Positions 26,186 to 39,718 of a stretch of DNA of 64,000 nucleotides are shown here, in pieces; positions within the stretch are counted from its first letter, which is position 1; each line of letters begins with the position of its first letter. A model generated the notes under the pieces. The model had not been told where the DNA came from. It worked only from the letters and a program-made list of their open reading frames with translations, and ran no database searches. The stretch comes from the human T2T-CHM13v2.0 reference genome, Homo sapiens, in the NCBI RefSeq assembly GCF_009914755.1, contig NC_060929.1. One strand, written 5' to 3'. The position numbers and the translations under genes are program-made.

Positions 26186-27659
26186 TCTGTTCTAAGGACA
26201 GAAGACTTCAAATTTCCAATGTGCTATGAGAAAACATTGGGTGAATTATTTAGAGTATGAACTTCAAACAAAATTAACAATTACCAGAGAAGAGAAGTTG
26301 TCATCAGAAAGACTCTTGGTCCAGCATTCCGAAATGAGATGGAAAAAGGCCCAAACCACTGTTTTCAAAGAGTATGTAGAAGAAGCTGGGAGAGCTATTA
26401 ACTCAACAGGCAAAGACCTAATCCCCATCATGCAGAAGGCTGGCAGCTGCATGCTCCTGTCCCAAGAATGCAAACATGACCTCTCACCTCCCAGGTCCAA
26501 ACAACTGCATTGTGAGTAAGTGCGTCGTATTCTAACCATGGGAGGGAATGGTGGGGAGAGAGAGAGAGAGCAGCGATACTTAGCATTTCAATGTGGCCCT
26601 TCTGAATTTTCAAAGCATTTACCAATCAGTAATTAGCAGTCTCACTCTGGAGCTGAAAAAAACAGGACGTTATTGTAAATTTCACACTTTAGGTATGGGA
26701 GATGGAGAGATCATAGTAACGTAAAAGACGATCACACTACTAAGCATTTGGGCAGTCGTTTTCTGTTTGAGAATTGACAGTACTTAGAATATGTTCACAC
26801 CATTCTTACATCACTGTAATTTTAGAAAAAGGCATATAATTTTATCTATTTTTTTCTTAGTTTTCTCAGATCTTACAGCATACTGCCTCTACAATAACTA
26901 GAGCTTGTATCTCACCTCTCCAGAGTTCTTGACCATATAGGGAGTATGAAAAAGTATAGATGGTACCACATCACCTGATCCACTTTATTGAGAGCTGGTG
27001 AAAAAGTACATAGTGTCCTATCGCTCAGGCGGGACATGTTTTGAAAGAAAGCCCAAGCCAGATATTCAGAGTGTTTATCCCTATACTATGTTTGAGCCTG
27101 TGACCTTTATGTCAGATACTCATCACCTAGTTTATGAATAGAAAAGAAAGAGAGGCACACTTAGTTCATCAATGCCAAGTGAGATTTATGGCTTGTTGCA
27201 TCTGAATGATGGAGATTTTTTCACTTTTCAATCAAATGCAGTGCTCTCAGTTTTCTTGATTGGCATTAAATGGGACCCTATCTTGGATCCCAGGGCTACA
27301 ATGGCATTTTCCAGCTTCTTATAACTCATGGGCTGTTGGGAGAAAACAACAACCATGAATTGTTACCACTCTACAGCCTAAAAACCAAACACGAAAATCA
27401 TCCAAAACTTGAAAAAAAACCACAAAGATAAATGAAAAATAAACTGAATGTAGATTTTGACTTCTGTTGTGGCTGAAAAATACGTATCTGGGGTTTGATG
27501 GGGAAATGAGTAATCACTTCCACTGGCAACCATTTTCATTCTGCTTAATAACATTAAGTTCTTTTCATTGATATTTTCAGAAATGGGAGTCTTAGACTAT
27601 GCAAATGGAATCAAATCTTGATAACTACCTGAAGGAGAAGAGGAATGTTTCTATTATGT

Positions 27660-28344
27660 TCCATCTTGCTACTAACCTCACAGGCTGGCTGTTCTTGCTC
27701 ATTCCTGGGTATAAGCTAAGCCAACTATGGGAGGAATTGGTTTACAGTTTAACTTTAAAACAAGATGATAAGAGTCCCTTCCTGAAACTAACCCCCTCTT
27801 TGCTCAGGGACCAAAACTGCCTTTGTAAACCTAATAAATTGGCCACAAGGTTAGAATTATGGTAGGGGCCTAAATTCTGTTAGAAGGCAGGCATAGTTAA
27901 ATTCTAACCAGTCATTGTTTTATCATTTGTCTTTTTATAACTGCTTACTGATCAGGTGTCATGTAACTGGAGGTTATTTGTAAATTCCCCAATTGGTCCT
28001 ATAGATAACATCACTATTGTCAAACCTAAGACTAATGTTTGAGATCTTTTTCAGACTTTTGCATTCTGGTGACCAACTAACTCCACTTGGACCTGTGACT
28101 TATACCAAGAAACAGACTCAAAAGGTCCTGTGTCCCCCACCCAGAAATGGACTCAGTGCATGAAGACAATTTTGACATTCCTATGATTTCATCCCCAACC
28201 TATCAGCAGTACCCATTCTCTAGTCCCTGCCCACTAAATTATTCTTAAAAACCCTAGCTTCTGAGTTCTTGGGAAGACAGAATTGAGAAATATCTCCTGT
28301 CCTTCTGCTCAGCAGCCTGGTGATAATTAAACTCTCTCTACTGC

Positions 28345-28346
<2 letters not shown>
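27660..28346 (+). mobile_element. LTR8-like (MER4-group ERV1) LTR fragment ending at its poly(A) site
   Basis: ccatcttgct..taacctc...cattcctggg...aaaacaagatgata...gactcagtgcatgaagaca...aattaaactct; followed by (CAA)12. Confidence 0.75.
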
Positions 28347-28379
<33 letters not shown>

Positions 28380-28484
28380 AGTGAGAGGATGTCCTCTTTA
28401 TAACAGAATAAATTTCAGAGGAATTAAAAACAAAGCCATAGAAATACTAGAAGAGAACTCAGGTGCATTAAAAAAATAACCTTT

Positions 28485-29095
28485 GAGGAATTGAAGTCAG
28501 TACATCAAAGAGAAATCTGCACTCCCATGTTAATTGCAGTATTATTTGCAATAGTGAAGACAAGGAGAAAACTAAAAAGCCATCAATGAATGAATGGATT
28601 AAAAAATGTGGTATATATACACATTGGAATACTATCTAGTCTTACAAAAGCAAGAAGTTCTTGTTATTTGCCACAACATGGATGAACCTAGAAGAATTAT
28701 GATAAGTGAAATAAGCTAGGCACAGACAAATACCACATGATTTTATTTATATGGGATCTAAAATAGTTGAACTTGTAGAAGTAGAGAGCAGATTGGTGGT
28801 GGGTGGGGTGGGTAAGGAAATGGGAGATGTTGGTTCCAAAGTACAGAGTTTCAGTTAGATGGAAGAAATAGGTTCTGATGATCTATTGCACAACATGGTA
28901 ACTATAGATTATAATAACATATATTTAAAAAAACTAAAAAAAGGACTTTAAGTATTTTCACTGTAAAGAAATAAGTATTTGAGGTGATTAATATCTTAAT
29001 TAACCTGATTTGATCATTATATAATGTATACACATATGAAAACATCACATTATATACCATAAATATATACACTTATTATTTACCAATAAAAATAA
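28485..29095 (+). mobile_element. L1MA-type 3' end
   Basis: atctgcactcccatgtt.attgcag...acatggatgaacctaga...aacatcacattatataccataaatatatac. Confidence 0.85.
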
Positions 29096-31789
29096 TTGTG
29101 GAGTAGCCTTTTAAAGCATGACATGAAATCCATAAGCCAAACTGAAAAAACTCACAAATAAGAAAGCATAAAATTTGAATAAATTTTCCGTTCAGAAAAG
29201 AATACCATAAAGGAGATAAAAAGACAAGTTGAAAAAATATTTGCAACACACAAAATAGACAAACGTCGATTTTTTTCATAAAATACAGTAAAAACAGTAA
29301 TGAGCCAAGAAAAAATGGACAAAAGACACCGGAAGACAATTCACAGAAAAAGAAATACAAATGAACATTAAATAAGAGTTGTTTAGTCTTACTTATAAAA
29401 GAAATTCAAATTAAAATGGCACTGAGATACTGTTTCTCTCCTACAAAATCAGCAACCATTTAAAAATTTGCTAACACACACTGTCTGGAAGGAAGTGAGG
29501 AAAAGAGACTCATTCTCTCTGTCAGTGAAATTTATGATTTGAGGCTGCCTTCTGGGAGGGCAATTATCAATCTCTTATATAGTTTTCAGTGCCAGTGCTC
29601 TTTGACCCAGCGACTCCATTTTGGAGAGTTTAACTTACAGATGTGGTCACAGAAGTACAGAAAGTTGTACATATTAATGAGGTTTAATATAGAACTGTTT
29701 ATTAAAACAGAAAACTGGAACTAGCCTAAAGTTCATCAATAGGGAAATGATACATAAATTACAGTGCATCTATCTTGTGGAACACTACAGCTATTGGGGA
29801 GAAAGAGGTAGACTTGGACATGCTGATGTGGACAGATATTTCTGCCAGATTTTATTATTAATTAAAAAAAAGCCAGTTGGGAACTGAATGTGGGGTATAT
29901 TTTAATAATTTTAAGGCAAAAAGTAAATAAATTAACATATATACATATATTTACATACACATACATATACATATATATACACACACACACACACACCTAT
30001 GTATAAATAAAAGATTTATGCCCAGATATAAAATAAATTATTAATAAGGCTGAGTCTGGGAATTGACACTGGGGCAAAGAGAGGGTTAAGGAAGAGGAGC
30101 TTACTTCTTGCTGTCTATTTTGGGTCCTATTTGGGTGATTTTTCATATCATATATTCCTTTGATTAAAAAATTGAAAAGAAGATGAATGATTTCTTCATT
30201 TATCCCTTATTCCTGTACAACAGTCGCTATTCAGGTAATTCAAGGAGAAACCAAACTCTTGGCTGCTCCAGGCTTAGCTCCTGCTTCTGACAATGAATTT
30301 TTCAACCAGTTACAGATCCAGCAGCAACATGGGATCTCAGATTATTAGCACAGTTCGGTTCCTGTCCATATTGTGGCTTAATTCACCTGAAATATATTAT
30401 GCATATCTGGGCCATGTTGCTGAAGTCGTTTTAAGAACAAGTCTCTGATCTTAGCCCTCTTCTCATTAATTTTTAATTCCAGCTCCCTCTTGTTGATCCT
30501 TAGGAAATACAAAAAACAGCCCTTACCAATTTTTTTTTAGTAGCCTTTCAGGTAATTTATTCATGCCTTGTTGGCTTTCTCCATCCGCTACTCTACCACT
30601 TCCTTTCTAACCCCTAATGTGTAATTTTCACAGGCCTTTTAAGTGTTTTTGAAATATAGCCTCAACTAAGAATGGTAAAAATTCCATCAAGGTAACAGGA
30701 CATGAAGCTGCCTGGGTCCTGCATGGTCCCCCCAGGGGCTGGGCTGGTACGTAGATGTGAGCTCACATGCCTCCCTCTGTTCACCAAGCCCATCCTGGAG
30801 AGCTGGCCAAGAATATCAAGAATCCCAGGGATCTGTATTCAGTTCTGCTGAGGGGTGCAGACTGCTGGGTGTGTAAGAGAAAGATCCTCTTGAAAAACGA
30901 GGAGTGTTCTTCTTCCTTCTAAATGGATCTTCACTGACCCCTGAGAGTAGGGGTTGTGTTTTGGAAAGAATGGCTGAAGCTGACCTATGGAAGCCAAGTC
31001 TGGGCCCAGCCATCATCTGTCTCTCCCTAGTCAGGGATCAGAACACCTTATCCCATCTCCTGCAGACTTGACCCTGCCTCAGTCCCTGGGGCCTACCCTC
31101 ATCTTATATTAGGCTGCAGAAGTTGCTCTATGGTGGAAACACACTGGATTGTGAGATTTGGTTTTATTGATGGTGACACTATATTTTCTAGGAATTGATG
31201 TTTATAAAGTGTTGACAAAACATGGGAGGAATGCCAAAATTAACAATATTCAGTGAGAAAAGCAGGATTCCAAATTACTATACAGCCTTGTAACAATTGT
31301 TTGAGACAAACAAATCTATGCACAGAAAATATAACTGGATCTCCCCACTTCATCATAGGTCACAAAACAAAGTCCTATGATGAAACTGTGGAAGAAAGAA
31401 TGGAGAAATAGTCAGATAGAACACTGGAATGGAATAGAAAACAAAGAAACAGAAACATGTATTTGGGAATTGGTATGTGATAGAGGTGGATAGAGATTAG
31501 TGGGGAAAAGTTAGATTATTTAATGGATGAAACTGGGAAACTAAACATACAGAGAAAAGCAAAAACTGAAACAAACTCACTCTGTATACAAAAGCAAACT
31601 CCAGCTGTACTAAGGACTTAAAAGTGAATGGTAAAGCTAATGAAAGTAATAGAAGAAAAAAAAGATGTAATATAGAATAATTCTTCATAACCTTAAGTGG
31701 GAAATAATTTCTTAACAAGACTAAATGCATAAACCATTTCAAAAGCAAGGTTTTCTGTTCAACAAAGAATGACAGACAAATATAACTGA

Positions 31790-32281
31790 TGTTGGGGCCC
31801 AAAAATGCTACTCCAAGGCACTTTGAACTGAAGGAGATTGGTAGGGCCTTAGTAGTAAGAAGGTCACTCTGACCTTCCCCAGCCTTTGTGAGAGATGTCC
31901 TTGAAATTCTCTGACCTACTTTGCTAGAAAATAGGAAATAAGATCCTTAATCCAAAAGGGTCCTTCCCTATTCCTTGGGGGAAGGAATACTACACAGAGA
32001 AGCTGAGAAGAATCTGAACAGACAGGCCTTGGTCTATTACAATTAGATCATACCCTTTTGTCTAATCACATTTTTACATGGCTGTCTGTTCTTCAACTAA
32101 ACTAAGCCTAAAAATAGACATTTCTTCCTGGGTCTTAAGGTCTTCACTTCTGAAAGCATCCATGTCATGTAAAACTTTGTTAAATAAATTTATGTTTTTC
32201 TCTTGTTAATCTGTCATTTGTTACAGGGGTGAACATTGTGACAGGTGATGGAAAAGGCATTACTCCCTTTTTGCCCCTACA
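31790..32281 (+). mobile_element. MER34/MER39-like ERV1 solo LTR
   Basis: Starts tgttggggccca...ctttgaactgaaggagattgg, ends ccctaca; inserted in old L1 sequence. Confidence 0.7.
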
Positions 32282-32414
32282 CAGATGAGTGACACACTGG
32301 GAAAAGATATTTGCAATGTCTGAAATAGAGAAGGAACTAGTATTTAGAATACATAAAGAACACTTGCAAAAAAGGTATTTTTAATACCTCAAGACAGAAA
32401 TCCTGTTAAAAAGT

Positions 32415-32950
32415 GGGTAAAGCATTATTGTGTATATACCCAAAGGAATATAAATCGTTCTACCATAAAGACATACGCATGTGTATGTTAATCACAGCAC
32501 TGTTTACAGTAGCAAAGACAGAGAATCAACCTCAATGCTCATCAATGCTAGACTGGATAAAGAAAATGTACATAAATACCATGGAATACTACGCAGCCAT
32601 AAAAAATGAGATCATGTCCTTTGCGGCAACATGATGGAGCTGGAGGCCATTATCCTAAGCAAACTAACACAGGAACAGTAAACCAAATACTGCATGTTTT
32701 CACTTACAAGTGGGAACTAAACACTGAGCGCAAATGGACACAAAGAAGGGAACAACAGACGCTTGGGCCTACTCAAGGATGAAGGCTGGAAGAGGGTGAA
32801 GAACAAAAAACTACCTATCGGGTAGTTTTTACCGTGGTACTTATTACCTGTATGATGAAATAAACTGTAAACCAAACCCCTGTGACATGCAATATACCTA
32901 CGTAATAAATATGCACATGTATCCCTGAACCTAAAATAAAAGTTAAAATT
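32415..32950 (+). mobile_element. L1PB-type 3' end
   Basis: tatatacccaaaggaatataaatcgttctaccataaagacata...ccctgaacctaaaataaaagttaaa. Confidence 0.88.
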
Positions 32951-33777
32951 TTTTGAAATGTGGGTGAAGAAAAGATCAAAGTAGGCAATTCATAGAAAGG
33001 AGAAACCTACATGTCTAGACAGTATAGGAAGTGGTCAGCCTCACTAGCAATTAGAGAAACACAAATTAAAATGACTTTACATTTCTCATACTGGCAAACA
33101 TTAGACAGCAGCACGTGGCACATCAAATCTCCTGAGAGAGTGTAGACTAGGGTGGGTCTTCTGGGGATTAGTCTGCTGTGTTCACTGAACCTAGCCATGG
33201 GTATTCCTTCCTGAGTCTAAAACACAAGAATGCTTGAATAGGATTGTAAGGGGGTATAGGGATGTTCTTTGCAGCCTCCTTTGTGGTAACAACAAGTGAG
33301 AGGCAGCCTGGATGTCTATCACTAAGAGAATGAGCCAGTCAAAGACTGTAGGTGCAGGAAATAGAGTAGTAGGTAGCAGACAGAAGCAATAAACTAAACA
33401 CATGTGCAAGCACACACGCAAAACAACCACCATATTTTTTCATAATTTCCATTAGAATGTAAGCTCCATGAGGGCAGAGACTACAGGGTTTTGATGGTCT
33501 TTAAGAAGTCCCACCCTCTAGAATCTTGAGAACATAGTGGATGCAAAAGTCATATTTCTTGAATTTTTGATAGATACATACTTATACATCTAAATACATT
33601 AAATATATCAAAAAGGTTGCTTTTTGGAGGGGAAGGATAATGGAAGTAGGGATAAAGTATGAAGGGAAATAAAAATATGTTGATAATGTTCCATCAACTG
33701 AGTTATAGTATTAATTCAAATTTTTGTACCTGGAGGTTGGGGAGGATTAGGAGAAACACCAAAATATGAACTATTCT

Positions 33778-34765
<988 letters not shown>

Positions 34766-34992
34766 TGAACTATTCTTAGATGGTGGAATTAATGCTAATA
34801 TTTTTGTTCTTCTGCTCTTCTATATTTTTTAAAATTCTATAATCAGCAGTGTTTTACTTTTATTATCCCCAAACCCAACACTTTAAAAGGTTTTTGTCAT
34901 ACTTGAGAGGGCACTGTCCCCAGTACCAAGTTTCCTCTCTCGGCTGCCCTCCCTCCTTTTATCTGTTCTGCTTTTCCCAACACCATGAGTGC

Positions 34993-35090
34993 GCACACAC
35001 ACATATGTACACATACGTGGAACACATACACCATGTACACATACAACACACACATGTACACATACACACAACACACACGGACACACACAT
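34993..35090. repeat. Degenerate (CA)n low-complexity tract
   Basis: Interrupted CA/TA run; source of the His/Thr and Cys/Val-rich spurious ORFs. Confidence 0.9.
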
Positions 35091-35322
35091 TTATGAAGTT
35101 CCCATATCACTGGCTTGGTTTGTGCTTGGTCAATAACCAAGAAATTAATAACCTCCGGTTTTCTCCGGACTGACCTCTTAGTTAGGATTATCTTTGGCTT
35201 CCTAGAATATATGACCCATGGTATGACTCACTGACCTCTGGCCTAGTTTGCCCTACTGGAGGTCTTCCTGGATTCCTGGTCTCAGCCTTCACCAGGTTAT
35301 CTCAACCTGGTGCTTACCCTAA

Positions 35323-35765
35323 TGTACTGAGTTGAATAGCACCCCGCAGCCCAATGCATGTCCTTCCTGGTACCTCAGAATGTGACCTTATTTGGAAATA
35401 GGATATTTGCTGGCGTAACTAGTTAAGATGAAGTCCTATTGAAATAGGGTGGATCCTCAATCCCAAATGACTGGTGTCCTTATCAGAAGAGAATTAACAT
35501 AGAAACACACAGCAAGAATCCTACTGCATTATAACAGAGGCAGAGACTGGAGTGGTGCGTTGACAAGTCAAGGTTTGGCAGAAACCACCAGAAACTAGGA
35601 AGAGACAAGGACAGATCCTCTCCTAGAGCCTCCAAGGAGGGCATGACCCTGCTAATACCTTGACTTTGGACCTCTAGCCCTCAGTACTGTGAGAGAATAA
35701 GGTTCTGTGGTTTTAAGTCACCACGTTTGTGCTACTTTGTTATTGCAGCACTCAGAAACTCAAAC
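35323..35765 (+). mobile_element. MLT1B/C-type MaLR solo LTR
   Basis: tgtactgagttgaatagc...gaatgtgaccttatttggaaatagg...gaaaccaccagaaactaggaagag...tgtgagagaataa...gcactcagaaact. Confidence 0.85.
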
Positions 35766-38304
35766 AACCACCCATACTCAATTGAGTATTTGCCAAATGA
35801 GATTTTGGGTGGCCAGAAAAGCCTTGATTGCACCCAGTCTCTTCTTGGCATGGCATTTTGAATGTCCAAAGTCCCATGAAGGCAAGGAAAAGGAAGGAGA
35901 AGGGGAGGTCTACTCCATATCTTTATTTATGCTAAAATGAGCTTTAGTTTAACATAAATCAGATAGAAGATTCAGTCATTTTCCTGTACCTTAATGAAAA
36001 ATTTACTTAGTTCATGCAGCCAACAGAGAGAGAAAGATGTTTTTAGAATCTTGGAAATGCAATGGGAAGATTAAAGTCCACTGGAATCCTTTCCATTCTG
36101 GAGTTATCACTTCTGAACCCACTTTCCAATACATCCGCTTTGCAAAGAACAATTTGGCTGAGCCTGGGACACACTCTCTTCTAAGGTCAAGGTCAATTTT
36201 CCATCAAAGATCAAGGTGAAAAATTGGAATTGACATCACTCTCCTGTTCTCCTTCTATTTTACTGGGCTCCTGTCTTACAGGAGAAGTTAAAGAGCTGTC
36301 TCTGTTCTGCTTCCTGTCCCTATTCCTCTCCACTGCCTGGAGCACCACTGTGAAGCACTGAGAGGTCCCAGAGATAGGAGAAGCAGGGTCCTGGGGAGCT
36401 TAAAGACAAAACGGTGGTCCTGGAAGCAGCCAGGAGCCAGTCACCTGCTCCAACTGCGCTGTGGCTTCATCTGCAATGAAGCACCTGCTGGTGGAGATGC
36501 ACTAGTCCTTCTGCATTCATATGTCACTCACCCCTTCCTGGGAGGGTCTCTTCTTCCTACATAGGCCTTCCAACTCTTTCCATTCTTGTGCTCTCCAGTC
36601 CATTTTCTATAGCAGGTAGAGTAGATCTTTCCAAACTGCATATATGAGTCACTCACTCACTTGCTGAAAACATCCGATGCCTCACCATTCACCCTACAAT
36701 GAAGTCCAACTTCTTACACGGCCACTAATGGCAAAGCCATGGCTAAGGTCTCTTTAGCATCCATGTCACCTGCCACTTCTGTTTACTCCCTCCAGTAGAT
36801 CCAGACCATGTTACTCACAATTCTCTGAATGGGCTTCTTTTTCTCCTTCCCTTCACTGGGCTATTTCATGTGTCATTTCCACACTCAGAGCCCTCTTTCC
36901 TATTCTCTGTTGTCCATTTATCTCTTTTATTCCATTGGGTTTCATTTTAGACATTGCTGTAAGCTGCCCCATTGAGACAACTCTTTTAGAATTGCATTTT
37001 TATTTTCTAGCACAATTGTAATGCTGTGTTTATTGGTATGATTACATGGAGGACACCTATCTTCTCCCCTTGACAATAAGGTCCTTGAGGGCAGGAACTT
37101 TATCTTGTTCATTTTATGTCAGCATCCAACTCAGAGCCTTGTCCAGACTAGAAGATTTATATGTATTCATTGCATGAATAGGGAATTTTCAGATGGCTCT
37201 GTTACTAGGGCCTGCCTACCTCTGATATTCTGTGAGTCTATAGATCTTGTCCCCATCCTGATAAATATTTTCTGTATTTAATCTGAGTGTGAATTTACTG
37301 CTAATAAAACATGTGCCTCCCTGCAGATGGTGTGTGCAGCATACTTGATTAATGCTACTCTACTGTGATTAATGTATATAGCATTGTAATTATTTTTTTC
37401 AGAGAAAAATCTCTGCATTGCCATTTGATTTAATTTGTGCTACTACTCATTGGCTAACATCCTCAAAGAACTGTTTCCATTTTCTCCATATCTCTGATAT
37501 TTCAGACTGATAGTTGCACTTGTGTAGGAAATGATTTTTCTCAATTTTTTTATGTGTAGTGATGAATCTTTTCCACGGAGATATTTTTCAAAAAATAATC
37601 TCTGTATTTGTCAGGATCTCTGCCTGCCCATTTCCTCCTCCTCCTCTTTTGCTTCTCTATCTTTCCAGCCCATGTCGCCTCTCTCCACAGTAATATGTTA
37701 GCAGCACTCTAAGCTTATTCAGTTTTAGTGTTCTGCATTTTTTTCAATTGGAAAATATTCCCTTGGCCTATTTTTAACCATGGAGCTCACACGTACAGCC
37801 TAGTTGTTTTCTTGTGCTGGAAAAATCTGCTATGGGAATGGGAAGCTTAACAGAAATCAGCAAGACCCTCTGAATAGAGGAGGTGCTGAATTTTAAGCCG
37901 TGTTACTGGGAGGAAAAGTTGTGGTGCTGAAGATCCAGTGGGTGCTGAGAAACAGAGAGATCTTCATGGAGCTCTCTGGTGAAAAATTAATAGTGCTTAT
38001 TGTGTATATCAGCTTCTCTGTAAGAAGTTATGTATTTTTTATCTCATTTAATCCTCACCAACACCCTGGGAGGTCGTTATTCATTAATTTGATCACTGAT
38101 TTATTTGTCTATTTACTGAACTAATATTTACTTAATACTATATGTGCCAGGATTTTCTGGAGGTTAAATGGGATGAAGTGTAGAAATTTCCTAGCAACTT
38201 GATGAATGGCAATGTCACTTACAGAGTTGGACAGATTAGGGTAAGAGCAAATGTTTGGGTGGAGAAAACAAGTATTCCAGTTTGGTCAAGTTACAACTGA
38301 AGTA

Positions 38305-38683
38305 CAGTCATGCATGGCATAATAGCATTTCACTCCAGAATGGACTGCATATATGACAGTGGTCCCATGAGATTATAATGGAGCTGCCCTATACAGGTAT
38401 ATCATTAAAAATTTTATGTGGTATTTTACTGTGCCTTTCCTATTGAGATATGTTATATACACAAATTCTGACCACTATATTACAGTTGTCTACAGTGTTC
38501 AGTATAGTAACATGCTGCACAGGTTTATAGCCTAGGAGCAAGAGGCTATCCCATATAGCCCAGGTGTGTAGTGAGCTGTATCATCTAGGTTTGGGCAGGT
38601 ACACTCTGTGATGTTCACACAGTGATGAAATTGCTTAAGGATGCATTTCTCAGGACATATCTTCATTAAGTAACACATGACTG
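38305..38683. mobile_element. Tigger3-derived non-autonomous DNA transposon
   Basis: Terminal inverted repeats CAGTCATG...CATGACTG flanked by TA duplications; internal gtggtcccatgagattataatggagctg. Confidence 0.85.
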
Positions 38684-39405
38684 TATCCTACCCTCCATTT
38701 TTCAAATGAGGAAACTACCTTCCAATAGATGCCCAAGATTACATGGTTGGTAGGAGAGAGAGAACCAGGTCAGTCTGGTTCCAGGGCCAACCTCCTCGCT
38801 GTCCACTTCTCAGCCTCAAGGAGATGAAGCATGGTGCAATGGGTGCCCTCCAGGGCCTGCCCCTCTGCACTTGTCTCTTTTATCACACTCAAATAACTGT
38901 CACCCAGAGCATACAGTCTCCCTGTACCTTGGAGGCAGATACTCATGACATAGACCCTAGAAGAGAAACATCATCTAATTTTAGGCACTATTTGTGACCC
39001 AATGAAAAGTTGTTATTAAAGGACACATTAATTGACTCATTTTCCTGTGATGACTCATTAATGAATGGTCTGGGAAAAGCATTCCCCTAGACACTTAGGC
39101 AGAAAAATAGAAAAAAACAAAGCTAACATAAGCAGAAGTCACTTTGTCCCTTTTCTGGAGATAAGCCAGTCCCTGGGTCTTGCTCTCAGGTATGGGGTCC
39201 TGTGTCCAGACCCTAGTGTGGCCCTGAGGAAAGGCATGCACACTTTGACTACATTTCACCTGTGTATGCTTATTGAGTGGCAGTTCCATCAACTCATCAC
39301 CTGATATCCATCAGCTTTCTTTCCTCTACTCACACTTCTGCATCATCAGATGCTCAAACACAGGACTAGAGGGACACAGATCCCTGAGGAGATTAGGGAT
39401 GGTAT

Positions 39406-39718
39406 ACAGTCATCCCTCAGTATCTGCAGATGATTGGTTCCATGACCTTCCTCCCTACCAAAATCTGAGGGTGCTCAAGTCCCTGATATAAAATGGCATC
39501 ATATTTGCATATAACCTATGCATATCCTGTATACTTTAAATCATTTCCAGAGAATTTATAATACCCAATACAATGTAAATGCTATGTGAATAGTTGTTCT
39601 ACTGTGTTTTATATATTTGTATTATTTTTATTGTATTGTGATTTTTTTTTCCAAATATTTTCCATCCACAGTTGGCTGAATCCATTGATGTGGAACCGTG
39701 GATAGATACAGCCAAATG
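39406..39718. mobile_element. MER2 (Tigger family) DNA transposon
   Basis: ta-cagtcatccctcagtatctgc...ttggttccatgacc...gtgctcaagtccctgatataaaatggc...ttggctgaatcc. Confidence 0.85.

Noticed and set aside
34849-35173. His/Thr- and Cys/Val-rich ORFs
   Set aside because: Translation of a degenerate CA/TG microsatellite.
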